Assembly: GCA_964538855.1 (NCBI GenBank)
Contig: CAZIEY010000002.1
Location: 65,709 to 129,708, forward strand
Reading direction: 5' to 3'
Length of the DNA: 64,000 bases
From: an uncultured Candidatus Saccharibacteria bacterium
GTDB taxonomy: Bacteria; Patescibacteriota; Minisyncoccia; Phycocordibacterales; JAACPR01
Both the position numbers and the translations under genes were made by a program. The notes under the pieces are model-generated. The model did not search any database and was not told the origin of the DNA. It was given only the letters and a program-made list of their open reading frames with translations. Below, in pieces: positions 20,205-32,394 of the stretch (positions are counted from its first letter, which is position 1; each line of letters begins with the position of its first letter).

Positions 20205-20366
20205 ATGGCGCTTAAACCCCTGAAGTTCACATGCCGAAATCCTTGTTTCCGCTCGATTGACGGTACTGGCGGTGGCAAAGGAAAACGGGTGTTCGTTGCC
20301 CGTAAACTCTCGAAGGGTGCTTGCCCTTCCGCTTCTGGTATTCCCAATAAGGCGAGGTGGGAATAA
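20205..20366 (+). CDS. 53-aa basic Cys-containing small protein (SD-led)
   Basis: GAGGGGG SD; MALKPLKFTCRNPCFRSIDGTGGGKGKRVFVARKLSKGACPSASGIPNKARWE; followed by terminator. Confidence 0.55.
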   Translation: MALKPLKFTCRNPCFRSIDGTGGGKGKRVFVARKLSKGACPSASGIPNKARWE

Positions 20367-20390
20367 TCGTTTCTCTCCCTTGTCTCATTT

Positions 20391-20421
20391 GGCCCGCGCA
20401 AGCACGCGGGCCTTTCCTTTT
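20391..20421 (+). terminator. Intrinsic terminator
   Basis: GGCCCGCG-caagca-CGCGGGCC-TTTCCTTTT. Confidence 0.8.
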
Positions 20422-20449
20422 ATCTACAAACTGCTACCATATATATCAA

Positions 20450-22381
20450 ATGCCAGATTCAACTTTCGAGGGGATTATTAATATAAGTACAAAGGCGGTT
20501 GGATACGTGCGAAATCCAAATGGGGGTGATGACGTGGTGATTGAGAGTGCTGATTTAAACAAAGCCCTCAACGGCGATAAAGTTCGCATTCAATTACAAG
20601 CTGCGACTGTCGATGGAAAGCCAAAAGGCGAAGTGACTGCGATTCTTTCTCGAGCTCGTGAACAATTCGTAGGTACTGTTTTGAAAAAAGAAACTGGTTG
20701 TGAAATTTTACCAGACAATCGTCGCATTCATGTGCGTTTTAATTTGCCGGAGGCCGATGCGGAAAAAACTGCTGCAAACGACAAGGTACTCATCAAATTG
20801 GGTGATTGGATTGATGAGAGTCAAAACCCAAGTGCAAAGCTTCTCAAAATTTTTGGTCAGAAAGGCAAACACGAAGTCGAAATGCAATCGATCATTTACG
20901 ACAAAGGTTTCGATTCAGAATTTCCAGCCGAAGTTGAGGCCGAAGCAAAACGCCTCAAGGCAGAATGGACTCCAATTCCTGCCGCAGAAATCGCAAAGCG
21001 TCGCGACATTCGCGAGAAAAACGTTTTTACAATTGACCCGTATGACGCAAAGGACTTTGACGACGCCCTCCACATTATTCCGCTTGAAAATGGGAATTTC
21101 GAAGTTGGTATTCACATCGCCGACGTTTCAAATTTCGTGACGCCGGGCAGCGCTTTGGACCGTGAAGCACATGAACGTGCGTTTTCTGTCTATCTCGTTG
21201 ACCGCACAATTCCGATGTTGCCAGAAATTTTGTCGAACGAACTTTGCTCGCTTAATCCGAACGAAGACAAAATGTCATTCAGTGCCATTTTTGAAATGAA
21301 CGCCAATGCCGAAGTCGTTTCTCGATGGTTTGGGAAAACAATTATGAATTCCAAAAAGCGCTTCACGTATGAAGAAGCTCAAGCGGTGCTCGACGCGGAA
21401 TCAGGACCTCTCGCTGCGGACTTGCTCAAAATGAATGAGCTCGCCAAAATCATGCAAAAGCGTCGAAAGGAAAGTGGCGCCATCGATTTTGAAAGTCAAG
21501 AAATTAAATTCGAGCTCGATAAAGATGGTCACCCAATTCGCATCATTAAAAAAGACCGTATCGACACAAACAAATTGGTCGAGGAATTTATGCTTCTTGC
21601 AAACAAAGAAGTAGCGAAATTTATTTACGATCAAAACAAAAAAGTCGGAGGCAACGACATTGGTCTTATGTATCGAATTCACGATGTCCCGAACCCTGAC
21701 AAAATTAAACAACTCGCATTGTTCCTCAAAGCGATGGGATATGTGTTGCCCATTAATGACGAAGGTAGTATCACAGCAAAAGACTTGAACGCACTTTTCG
21801 AAAAAGTGGCTGGCAAAGCAGAAGAAGCACTCGTGAAAACCGCGTCTGTGCGAACAATGAGCAAGGCGATTTATTCAACCGAAAATTCCGGTCACTTTGG
21901 TTTGGCGTTTGAATATTACACGCACTTTACATCGCCGATTCGGCGTTATCCGGACTTGCTTGTGCACCGCATTCTGCAAGCCTTTTTAACGAACAAAAAA
22001 TTGGAAGAAAGCGAATTGCAACATTTCCAAGAATCAGCTAGCCGTTCAAGTGAACGCGAAGTCAACGCTGCTGATGCAGAACGTGATTCTATCAAATATA
22101 AACAGGCCGAATACATGGCGGATCATATTGGCCAAGTTTATGAAGGTGTGATTTCCGGCGTGTCTGCATGGGGAATTTATGTTGTGGTTGATGAAACTCT
22201 CGCCGAAGGTATGGTGCACATCTCAAAACTCGGCAACGATTTCTTTAACTTGGATGAGAAAAATTACGCAATTGTCGGCGAGAAAACCAAAGTCCGCTTC
22301 AGTTTGGGCGATAAAATTAAGGTAAAAGTTGAAAAGACTGATTTGGACAAGAAAAACATAGATTTTTCTTTGGCGAAATAA
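20450..22381 (+). CDS. rnr: Ribonuclease R
   Basis: FTIDPYDAKDFDDA, HFTSPIRRYPDL, S1 domain; start moved to ATG 20450, after the terminator. Confidence 0.93.
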   Translation: MPDSTFEGIINISTKAVGYVRNPNGGDDVVIESADLNKALNGDKVRIQLQAATVDGKPKGEVTAILSRAREQFVGTVLKKETGCEILPDNRRIHVRFNLPEADAEKTAANDKVLIKLGDWIDESQNPSAKLLKIFGQKGKHEVEMQSIIYDKGFDSEFPAEVEAEAKRLKAEWTPIPAAEIAKRRDIREKNVFTIDPYDAKDFDDALHIIPLENGNFEVGIHIADVSNFVTPGSALDREAHERAFSVYLVDRTIPMLPEILSNELCSLNPNEDKMSFSAIFEMNANAEVVSRWFGKTIMNSKKRFTYEEAQAVLDAESGPLAADLLKMNELAKIMQKRRKESGAIDFESQEIKFELDKDGHPIRIIKKDRIDTNKLVEEFMLLANKEVAKFIYDQNKKVGGNDIGLMYRIHDVPNPDKIKQLALFLKAMGYVLPINDEGSITAKDLNALFEKVAGKAEEALVKTASVRTMSKAIYSTENSGHFGLAFEYYTHFTSPIRRYPDLLVHRILQAFLTNKKLEESELQHFQESASRSSEREVNAADAERDSIKYKQAEYMADHIGQVYEGVISGVSAWGIYVVVDETLAEGMVHISKLGNDFFNLDEKNYAIVGEKTKVRFSLGDKIKVKVEKTDLDKKNIDFSLAK

Positions 22382-22461
22382 TTCGGCGTATTAAAATTGT
22401 AAAACCCCGCTGAGCGATTGCTCGAGCGAGGCAGAAAGAGGGCGCCTCTTTCTAATGCGAG

Positions 22462-22959
22462 TCACCAGATGTCCGGACCTTCTTGGATGACCTCGATGGT
22501 GCCGGGTTGGTAACCCTCCTCTCCGGATCGTCCTGCATTCAGCAGACGTTGGAGTTCTTGAGCGTTACTGGTTGTAATCGTTATTGTGACGAACCCATCA
22601 GCCGGGAAGTGTTTCCGAATCACACGAATGTACAGCTGCCGCCTGACTCCACCTGCGTCCAGCATTTCTTTGAACAGGTAACGGACCTTATCGTTGTGAC
22701 ACATGAGGTAATGAAGGTCGCGCCAGCAAGCTTCACGAATAACCTGACGTGCAGCGTCCATATTTTCGTACATGGCGCGAAAAGCTTCCAGTGTAACCTC
22801 ATGAAAATCATGAGTAGGCAAGGAGATCGTGCCAGCCTTAGCCGTCACCAACAAATCACGGCACTTTCTTGCCTGCGTAATATCAAACTTCTCGCGACCC
22901 CACATGAGGTCGTACAGTCCTTGGTAAAACGCAAAGACCTGCTCCATAGGCTTTTTCAT
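22462..22959 (-). CDS. Orphan protein (SD-led unit)
   Basis: GGGAG SD, TTGACA/TATAAT promoter at ~23103-23130, terminator at ~22401-22431. Confidence 0.7.
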   Translation of the reverse strand: MKKPMEQVFAFYQGLYDLMWGREKFDITQARKCRDLLVTAKAGTISLPTHDFHEVTLEAFRAMYENMDAARQVIREACWRDLHYLMCHNDKVRYLFKEMLDAGGVRRQLYIRVIRKHFPADGFVTITITTSNAQELQRLLNAGRSGEEGYQPGTIEVIQEGPDIW

Positions 22960-23201
22960 CGTCTATACTCCCGAAAGGTCATGTTTTTCACGATGACCAA
23001 CGTGAAGCTTGGCAAACCGACGTGGTAGCCATAGCCAATAAATTCCTAGGTGCAAGAATCTCTTGGCTATGGCTAACAGTGTGTAAAAGAACTTTGGATA
23101 CAATTATATCACATATAAGACACATGTCAAATACTGCGTATCACACCAATATCCAAGTGTATCAGTTGACCAAAATCACGTATTCTGTTAGTATTTCACC
23201 C

Positions 23202-23549
23202 ATGTTATCAATACGACTACAACGAGTAGGTCGAAAGAACGAACCAGCATTTCGTTTTGTTTTGACTGACTCAAAAAATTCAACAAAAAGCGGCAAGTTT
23301 TTAGAAATTCTTGGTTCACACGATCCTCGCAATAAAAAGGCGACTGTCATGAATGTGGAACGAATGAAGGAACTTATTGCCCAGGGTGCAAAACCTTCTG
23401 ACACAATCACAAACATGTTGATTGAGAAAAAGGTAATCACAGGAAAGAAAATCAACGTTCTTCCAAAGAAAAGCCCGATTAAAAAAGAGGGTGCGGACGC
23501 GGCGGCGGCTCCAGCAGCAGAAGCTCCAAAAGAAGAAGTGAAGGCATAA
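23202..23549 (+). CDS. rpsP: 30S ribosomal protein S16
   Basis: MLSIRLQRVGRKNEPAFR...GKFLEILGSHDP...GAKPSDT. Confidence 0.95.
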   Translation: MLSIRLQRVGRKNEPAFRFVLTDSKNSTKSGKFLEILGSHDPRNKKATVMNVERMKELIAQGAKPSDTITNMLIEKKVITGKKINVLPKKSPIKKEGADAAAAPAAEAPKEEVKA

Positions 23550-23556
23550 GCTTCAT

Positions 23557-23582
23557 AAAAACTGTCCGAAAGGGCGGTTTTT
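23557..23582 (+). terminator. Intrinsic terminator after rpsP
   Basis: AAAACTGTCC-GAAA-GGGCGGTTTTT. Confidence 0.75.
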
Positions 23583-23672
23583 CATTTGACAAACCACTGT
23601 TTTTTGATTTATAATATAACCTAGGCAGTGCGTAATGCACGCTGAAAGTGTTTTAAGAATAATAAACCATAC

Positions 23673-23987
23673 ATGACTGACAATAAAGAACTAGACTATC
23701 AATTTCTAGAGTACGTGGTTAAAAATCTCGTAGACAAGCCGGATGAAGTCAAAATCACCCGAACAGTCGACGAAATGGGAGTGCTACTTACTTTGGGAGT
23801 GAGCCCGGAAGACATGGGAAAAATTATTGGTCGACAAGGTAACACAGCAAAAGCTATTCGAATTTTGCTTCGAGTGGTAGGTATGAAAAATACAGCACGT
23901 GTAAACTTGAAGATTAACGAACCAGAAGGAGGATCTCGAGTCGCGCCAAAATCAGTTGATGAGGCGGTGGATGATTTGAAGCTTTAG
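23673..23987 (+). CDS. khpA: KH-domain RNA-binding protein KhpA
   Basis: EDMGKIIGRQGNTAKAIR; conserved position after rpsP. Confidence 0.9.
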   Translation: MTDNKELDYQFLEYVVKNLVDKPDEVKITRTVDEMGVLLTLGVSPEDMGKIIGRQGNTAKAIRILLRVVGMKNTARVNLKINEPEGGSRVAPKSVDEAVDDLKL

Positions 23988-23989
23988 CT

Positions 23990-24111
23990 AAGAAAAACAA
24001 AGTAACTAAATTTTAAAGTCCTCGGGTCGCATCACGCACGTTCAGAAATGAATGTGCGTTTTGTGTTGATGCTCAACCAGACATTTAAAATTTAGTTACT
24101 TTGTTTTTCTT
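23990..24111. repeat. Palindromic repeat element, copy 3 (long form, inverted orientation)
   Basis: Reverse complement core GTCTGGTTGAGCATCAACACAAAACGCACATTCATTTCTGAACGTGCGTGATGCGACCCGAGGAC nearly identical to copy 1; arms AAGAAAAACAAAGTAACTAAA / TTTAGTTACTTTGTTTTTCTT. Confidence 0.9.
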
Positions 24112-24193
24112 GACAAGATCCCTCGCATGGTGTTTGATTGCAGTAGATGGAACGTTCCATCATCACTTGGTAATCCTATAACGGAGATACACG

Positions 24194-24487
24194 ATGACTG
24201 AACCTGAGTTTCAAACGCTCTTGAAGACAGCTGCTGGGCCGTATCAATCGGCTTATTTTGCGGGTCAGAATGCGCGAGGTGAATTTGTCCGTCTTGGTTT
24301 CAATCGAGAACAGGTGGACTCAGCCGTCAAGGCGGTGGAAAAGCTGTTCGAGGGTAATCTTGGTTTTTTCCCCCAACCCCACATCGTCACGGCGGCTTAT
24401 GAAGATCACAATAGGCTCGGGTTGCAAAACTCCGAAAGCGAACAAGGCATCAGTCTTGTTGATGCTGAGGTGTCTGGCAAGATTTGA
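24194..24487 (+). CDS. Orphan protein (SD-led unit)
   Basis: GGAG SD, TTGACA upstream, terminator ACTCTGGAGCGTG-cc-CACGCTCCAGAGT-TTTTT. Confidence 0.7.
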   Translation: MTEPEFQTLLKTAAGPYQSAYFAGQNARGEFVRLGFNREQVDSAVKAVEKLFEGNLGFFPQPHIVTAAYEDHNRLGLQNSESEQGISLVDAEVSGKI

Positions 24488-24577
24488 GCCGCTTGCCTTT
24501 TCTGGACTCTGGAGCGTGCCCACGCTCCAGAGTTTTTTATTTGTCAAACACATAAACTTGTGATTAAATATAGCCCA

Positions 24578-25219
24578 ATGAATTTCCATATCATCACACT
24601 TTTTCCAGAATCATTTGATTCGTATGTTAATGCGTCTATCATCGGTCGCGCTATTAACGATAAGAAAATTCGTATTAAATTTTATAATCCCCGCGACTAC
24701 ATGGCTCGACCAAAAGACCGCGTTGATAAGAAACCGTACGGTGGCGGACCTGGCATGGTGCTCGAAGCTTTACCAATTGTAAAAGCCATCGCTAAAGCCA
24801 AAGGTTCCAAGAAGAAAGTGAAAATATTTTTCATGTCGCCTGGCGGGGAAAAATTCACGAATGAAATCGCGCACACCGCAGTTGAAAAATTCACCGATAT
24901 TATTATTATTTGTGGTCGCTATGAAGGCATCGATGAACGAGTCAACAAAATTTTTAAAACTGAAAAGATTTCTATCGGTGATTATGTTGTAACTGGCGGA
25001 GAATTGCCAGCTATGATTATGATCGACACCATGGCGCGACAGATACCGGGTGTGCTCGGTAATTTTGACTCAGTCGAAGAAAATCGTATCTCGACAAACG
25101 CGGTGTATACCCGTCCGGAAAAGCTTGTTTATAAAGGCAAAGCATACAAAGTGCCAAAGGTCCTCCTCAGCGGTAATCACGCCAAAATCGACGAGTGGAA
25201 ATTGCAAAATAGGGGATAA
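24578..25219 (+). CDS. trmD: tRNA (guanine-N1)-methyltransferase
   Basis: ITLFPE, VDKKPYGGGPGMV, CGRYEGIDER, SIGDYVVTGGE. Confidence 0.96.
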   Translation: MNFHIITLFPESFDSYVNASIIGRAINDKKIRIKFYNPRDYMARPKDRVDKKPYGGGPGMVLEALPIVKAIAKAKGSKKKVKIFFMSPGGEKFTNEIAHTAVEKFTDIIIICGRYEGIDERVNKIFKTEKISIGDYVVTGGELPAMIMIDTMARQIPGVLGNFDSVEENRISTNAVYTRPEKLVYKGKAYKVPKVLLSGNHAKIDEWKLQNRG

Positions 25220-25495
25220 CTCGCTTGAAAATACGGCTTTGAATTGCTGTGGGTAACTCGGTTTGACAGCGCGCCTAAATTTGTGCTATATTACTTGTCA
25301 AGTGAATAACGAATGTGTTACGGGACACGATATATGTTAAGGGTTTTATGGATTAGAATTTTTTGCAAAATTTTTTAATAATGTAGGATTCATTTATTTG
25401 AATCAAAAAAATCGATATTAAATATAAGAAAAACCAATCTTGGGGAAGATTTGGCTCACCTTCTTTTATTTTTTGTTGAGTAAATACAATTACAC

Positions 25496-28400
25496 ATGTC
25501 CACTGAAAAAAGCGCGAAGGATTTTGGAATGAGCGTGGGAGCTCGTCCGAAAAAGTATTTCAAACGGTATCATAAATCCGCTTTGGAATTACCTGATTTG
25601 TTTGAAGGTCAAACCAAATCATTCGAATGGTTATTAAAAGACGGCATCAAAGAAGTTTTTCAAGAATACGGATCAATTCCTGATTACTCTGGTAAGAAAT
25701 TCGAACTAAAGTTCACTGATTTCACTTTTGAAAAGCCAAAATTTGACGACAAACATGCGAAAGTCAAGAATTTGACTTACGAAGCTGCGCTGAAAGTCAC
25801 TGCAAAGTTGATGAATCGTGTTTTGGGTACAGAAAAAGAACAGGAAATTTTCCTTTCTGATTTTCCAATGATGACAAAGTACGGAACCTTCATCATCAAC
25901 GGTGTTGAACGTGTTATCGTTCCACAACTCGCTCGTTCTTACGGAATCATCTTTACGAGTCAAATTGTGAAGGGTCACAATACATTCGGTGCAAAAGTTA
26001 TTCCAGCTCGTGGTGCATGGGTTGAACTTGAAACTGATCAAGACGACATTGTCTATATTCGCATCGACCGAAATCGAAAATTCCCAATTACTTCATGGCT
26101 CCGCGTCATGGGTCTTTCGACTGACGAAAAAATCCTTGCTCTCTTCAAAAAGAATGAAAAAGTCCTCACTGCGATCAAAAAGACTCTTGAAAAAGACTCT
26201 GTAAAGACCGTAGAAGAAGCTTACACAGACATTTATAAGCGCCTTCGTGACGGAGACTTGGCGACACTTGAAAATGCCCGTGAATTTATCGATTCTATTT
26301 TGTCTGAAACTCGTTACGATCTTTCTGAAGTTGGACGATTTAAATTTAATTCACGATTTTCTCTTGCGACAGATAAAAAATCTCTTGCGATTCGAACTCT
26401 CACTACAGATGATTTTGCGGTAATTATTAATCATATGATTGCGCTCAACCACACTCCTGGCGCAGAAGCTGATGATATCGATCATCTCGGATCACGACGT
26501 GTTCGTTATGTTGGTGAATTGCTCCAGCAAAAATTGCGAACAGGTATGGCGCAAATGAAGCGAAATATTCAAAACCGAATGTCGACTATCGACACGGATA
26601 CTTCTTTGCCGATCAGCCTTATTACACCTCGACCGCTCCAGGCGCGTATCAAGGAATTTTTCACTACAAACCAGTTGTCACAATTCATGCAACAGGAAAA
26701 CACGCTCACTGAAATCGAGCACTTGCGAACAATTTCAGCACTTGGTCCCGGCGGTTTGACTCGTGAACGAGCAGGTCTTGAAGTTCGTGACGTGCACCCT
26801 TCGCACTACGGTCGAGTTTGTCCAATCCATACACCAGAAGGTCAAAACATTGGTTTGATTTTGCGCTTCTCACTTTTTGCTCGAACAAATATTTTCGGAA
26901 TGATCGAAACTCCATATTTGCGAGTAAAAAATGGAAAACTTACTAAAGAAATTGTGTATTTAAACGCTCTCGAAGAACACGATCATAGAATTGCGAATGC
27001 GACTTCTCCAATGACAGACGGTGAATTGACTGAGAAATACGTAAACATTCGTATCGATGGTCGTCCTGATGTTTGTAAAAATGAAGAAGTTGACCTCATC
27101 GACATTGTTCCGAGCCAGGCGTTTTCTATCGCGACTTCGATGATTCCATTTTTGGATCACGACGATGCAAACCGTTCTTTGATGGCATCGAACATGCAAA
27201 AGCAAGCGACACCTGTTTTGGTTCCAGAAGCTCCGCTCGTTGCAACTGGTGTCGAAGAAGAGGCTCTTACATATTCAAACCGGATTATCCGATCGAAAGA
27301 AGAAGGTGTTGTTTCAAAAGCTGACGCTCGAAAAGTTGCTGTCAAAGATTCAAAGGGTAAGGAAACTGTATACGATTTGATTAACTTTGAACGAACAAAC
27401 GGCTTTACTTCATTCCATCAACGACCTGTTGTTGAAGTTGGACAAAAAGTAAAAAAGAATCAATTGCTCGCTGACAACTCGACAACTGATAATGCACAAA
27501 TTGCGATTGGTAAAAACCTCCGCATCGCGTTCTTGTCATGGTCTGGTTCTAACTACGAAGATGCGATCATCTTGAATGAACGCCTCGTAAAAGACAGCGA
27601 ATTGACTTCTATTCACCTCGAAGAAGTTGTAGTAAACGTTCGTGATACAAAACTTGGTCCGGAAGTTACAACATCTGATATTCCAAACGTAAGCGATCAG
27701 AAACTTAAGAACCTCGACGAAGAAGGTATTATCCGAATCGGTGCCGAAGTTCGACCTGACGATATTTTGGTTGGTAAAATTACTCCAAAGGGTGAAACAC
27801 AATTGACTCCAGAAGAACGCTTGCTCCGATCTATTTTCGGTGAAAAAGCGCGTGAAGTAAAAGACTCTTCAAAGCGAGCTGAAGGTGGTTTGCGAGGTCG
27901 TGTTGTTGGTATCAAGGTATTCTCACGAGAAAATGGCGATAAATTGGATTCAGGTATTATCAAGAAAATTCACGTCGAAGTAGCACAACTCCGTAACATT
28001 TCTGTCGGTGATAAATTGGCGGGTCGTCACGGTAACAAGGGTGTTATCTCAAAAGTTCTTCCTTCAGAAGATATGCCATTCACAGAAGACGGTGAACCTG
28101 TCGATTTGATTTTGACACCACTTGGTGTTCCGAGCCGTATGAACCTCGGTCAGATTTTGGAATTACACCTTGGCCATGCTGCGCACAAATTGGGTTATCA
28201 AGCGATTTGCCCAGCATTTGCCGGAGCAACTGTAGATGAAATTCGTGAAGAATTGAAAAAAGCTGGTCTTCAGGAAGATGGTAAGGCGAAATTGTTCGAT
28301 GGACGAACAGGAGAAAAATTTGAACAAGACGTCTCGGTCGGTTACATGTACATGTTGAAACTTCACCACATGGTCGAAGACAAATTGCACATGCGATCTA

Positions 28401-28711
28401 TTGGTCCATACTCTCTCATTAACCAACAACCGCTCGGAGGTAAGGCTCAAAACGGAGGACAGCGATTCGGAGAAATGGAAGTCTGGGCATTGCTCGGTCA
28501 CGGAGCGGCTCACACGTTGCGAGAAATGTTGACGTACAAATCTGACGATATTTTGGGTCGTTCGGCAGCGTTTGACGCCATCGTGAAAGGCGAACCGATT
28601 TCACAAGCAAACTTACCAGCCTCATTCGATGTGTTGGTCAAAAATATGAGAGGACTTGCTCTCGATATTGACTTCAAGAATGTTGATGAAGCTAACGGTG
28701 AAAACAAATAA
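25496..28711 (+). CDS. rpoB: RNA polymerase beta subunit
   Basis: FIINGVERV, GDKLAGRHGNKG, GGQRFGEME. Confidence 0.97.
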   Translation: MSTEKSAKDFGMSVGARPKKYFKRYHKSALELPDLFEGQTKSFEWLLKDGIKEVFQEYGSIPDYSGKKFELKFTDFTFEKPKFDDKHAKVKNLTYEAALKVTAKLMNRVLGTEKEQEIFLSDFPMMTKYGTFIINGVERVIVPQLARSYGIIFTSQIVKGHNTFGAKVIPARGAWVELETDQDDIVYIRIDRNRKFPITSWLRVMGLSTDEKILALFKKNEKVLTAIKKTLEKDSVKTVEEAYTDIYKRLRDGDLATLENAREFIDSILSETRYDLSEVGRFKFNSRFSLATDKKSLAIRTLTTDDFAVIINHMIALNHTPGAEADDIDHLGSRRVRYVGELLQQKLRTGMAQMKRNIQNRMSTIDTDTSLPISLITPRPLQARIKEFFTTNQLSQFMQQENTLTEIEHLRTISALGPGGLTRERAGLEVRDVHPSHYGRVCPIHTPEGQNIGLILRFSLFARTNIFGMIETPYLRVKNGKLTKEIVYLNALEEHDHRIANATSPMTDGELTEKYVNIRIDGRPDVCKNEEVDLIDIVPSQAFSIATSMIPFLDHDDANRSLMASNMQKQATPVLVPEAPLVATGVEEEALTYSNRIIRSKEEGVVSKADARKVAVKDSKGKETVYDLINFERTNGFTSFHQRPVVEVGQKVKKNQLLADNSTTDNAQIAIGKNLRIAFLSWSGSNYEDAIILNERLVKDSELTSIHLEEVVVNVRDTKLGPEVTTSDIPNVSDQKLKNLDEEGIIRIGAEVRPDDILVGKITPKGETQLTPEERLLRSIFGEKAREVKDSSKRAEGGLRGRVVGIKVFSRENGDKLDSGIIKKIHVEVAQLRNISVGDKLAGRHGNKGVISKVLPSEDMPFTEDGEPVDLILTPLGVPSRMNLGQILELHLGHAAHKLGYQAICPAFAGATVDEIREELKKAGLQEDGKAKLFDGRTGEKFEQDVSVGYMYMLKLHHMVEDKLHMRSIGPYSLINQQPLGGKAQNGGQRFGEMEVWALLGHGAAHTLREMLTYKSDDILGRSAAFDAIVKGEPISQANLPASFDVLVKNMRGLALDIDFKNVDEANGENK

Positions 28712-28712
28712 C

Positions 28713-32384
<3,672 letters not shown>

Positions 32385-32394
32385 ACAAAAACTC

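Noticed and set aside
20357-20449. ORF-track upstream starts (rnr here; also rpsP 23022, rpoC 28656, uvrB 43229, rpmF 15759)
   Set aside because: The extensions run through terminators, promoters or neighbouring genes; downstream ATGs fit homology and -10 spacing.
6017-24111. Palindromic repeats as integron attC sites
   Set aside because: No RYYYAAC/GTTRRRY boxes at the ends, not arrayed between cassettes, and no intI in the window.
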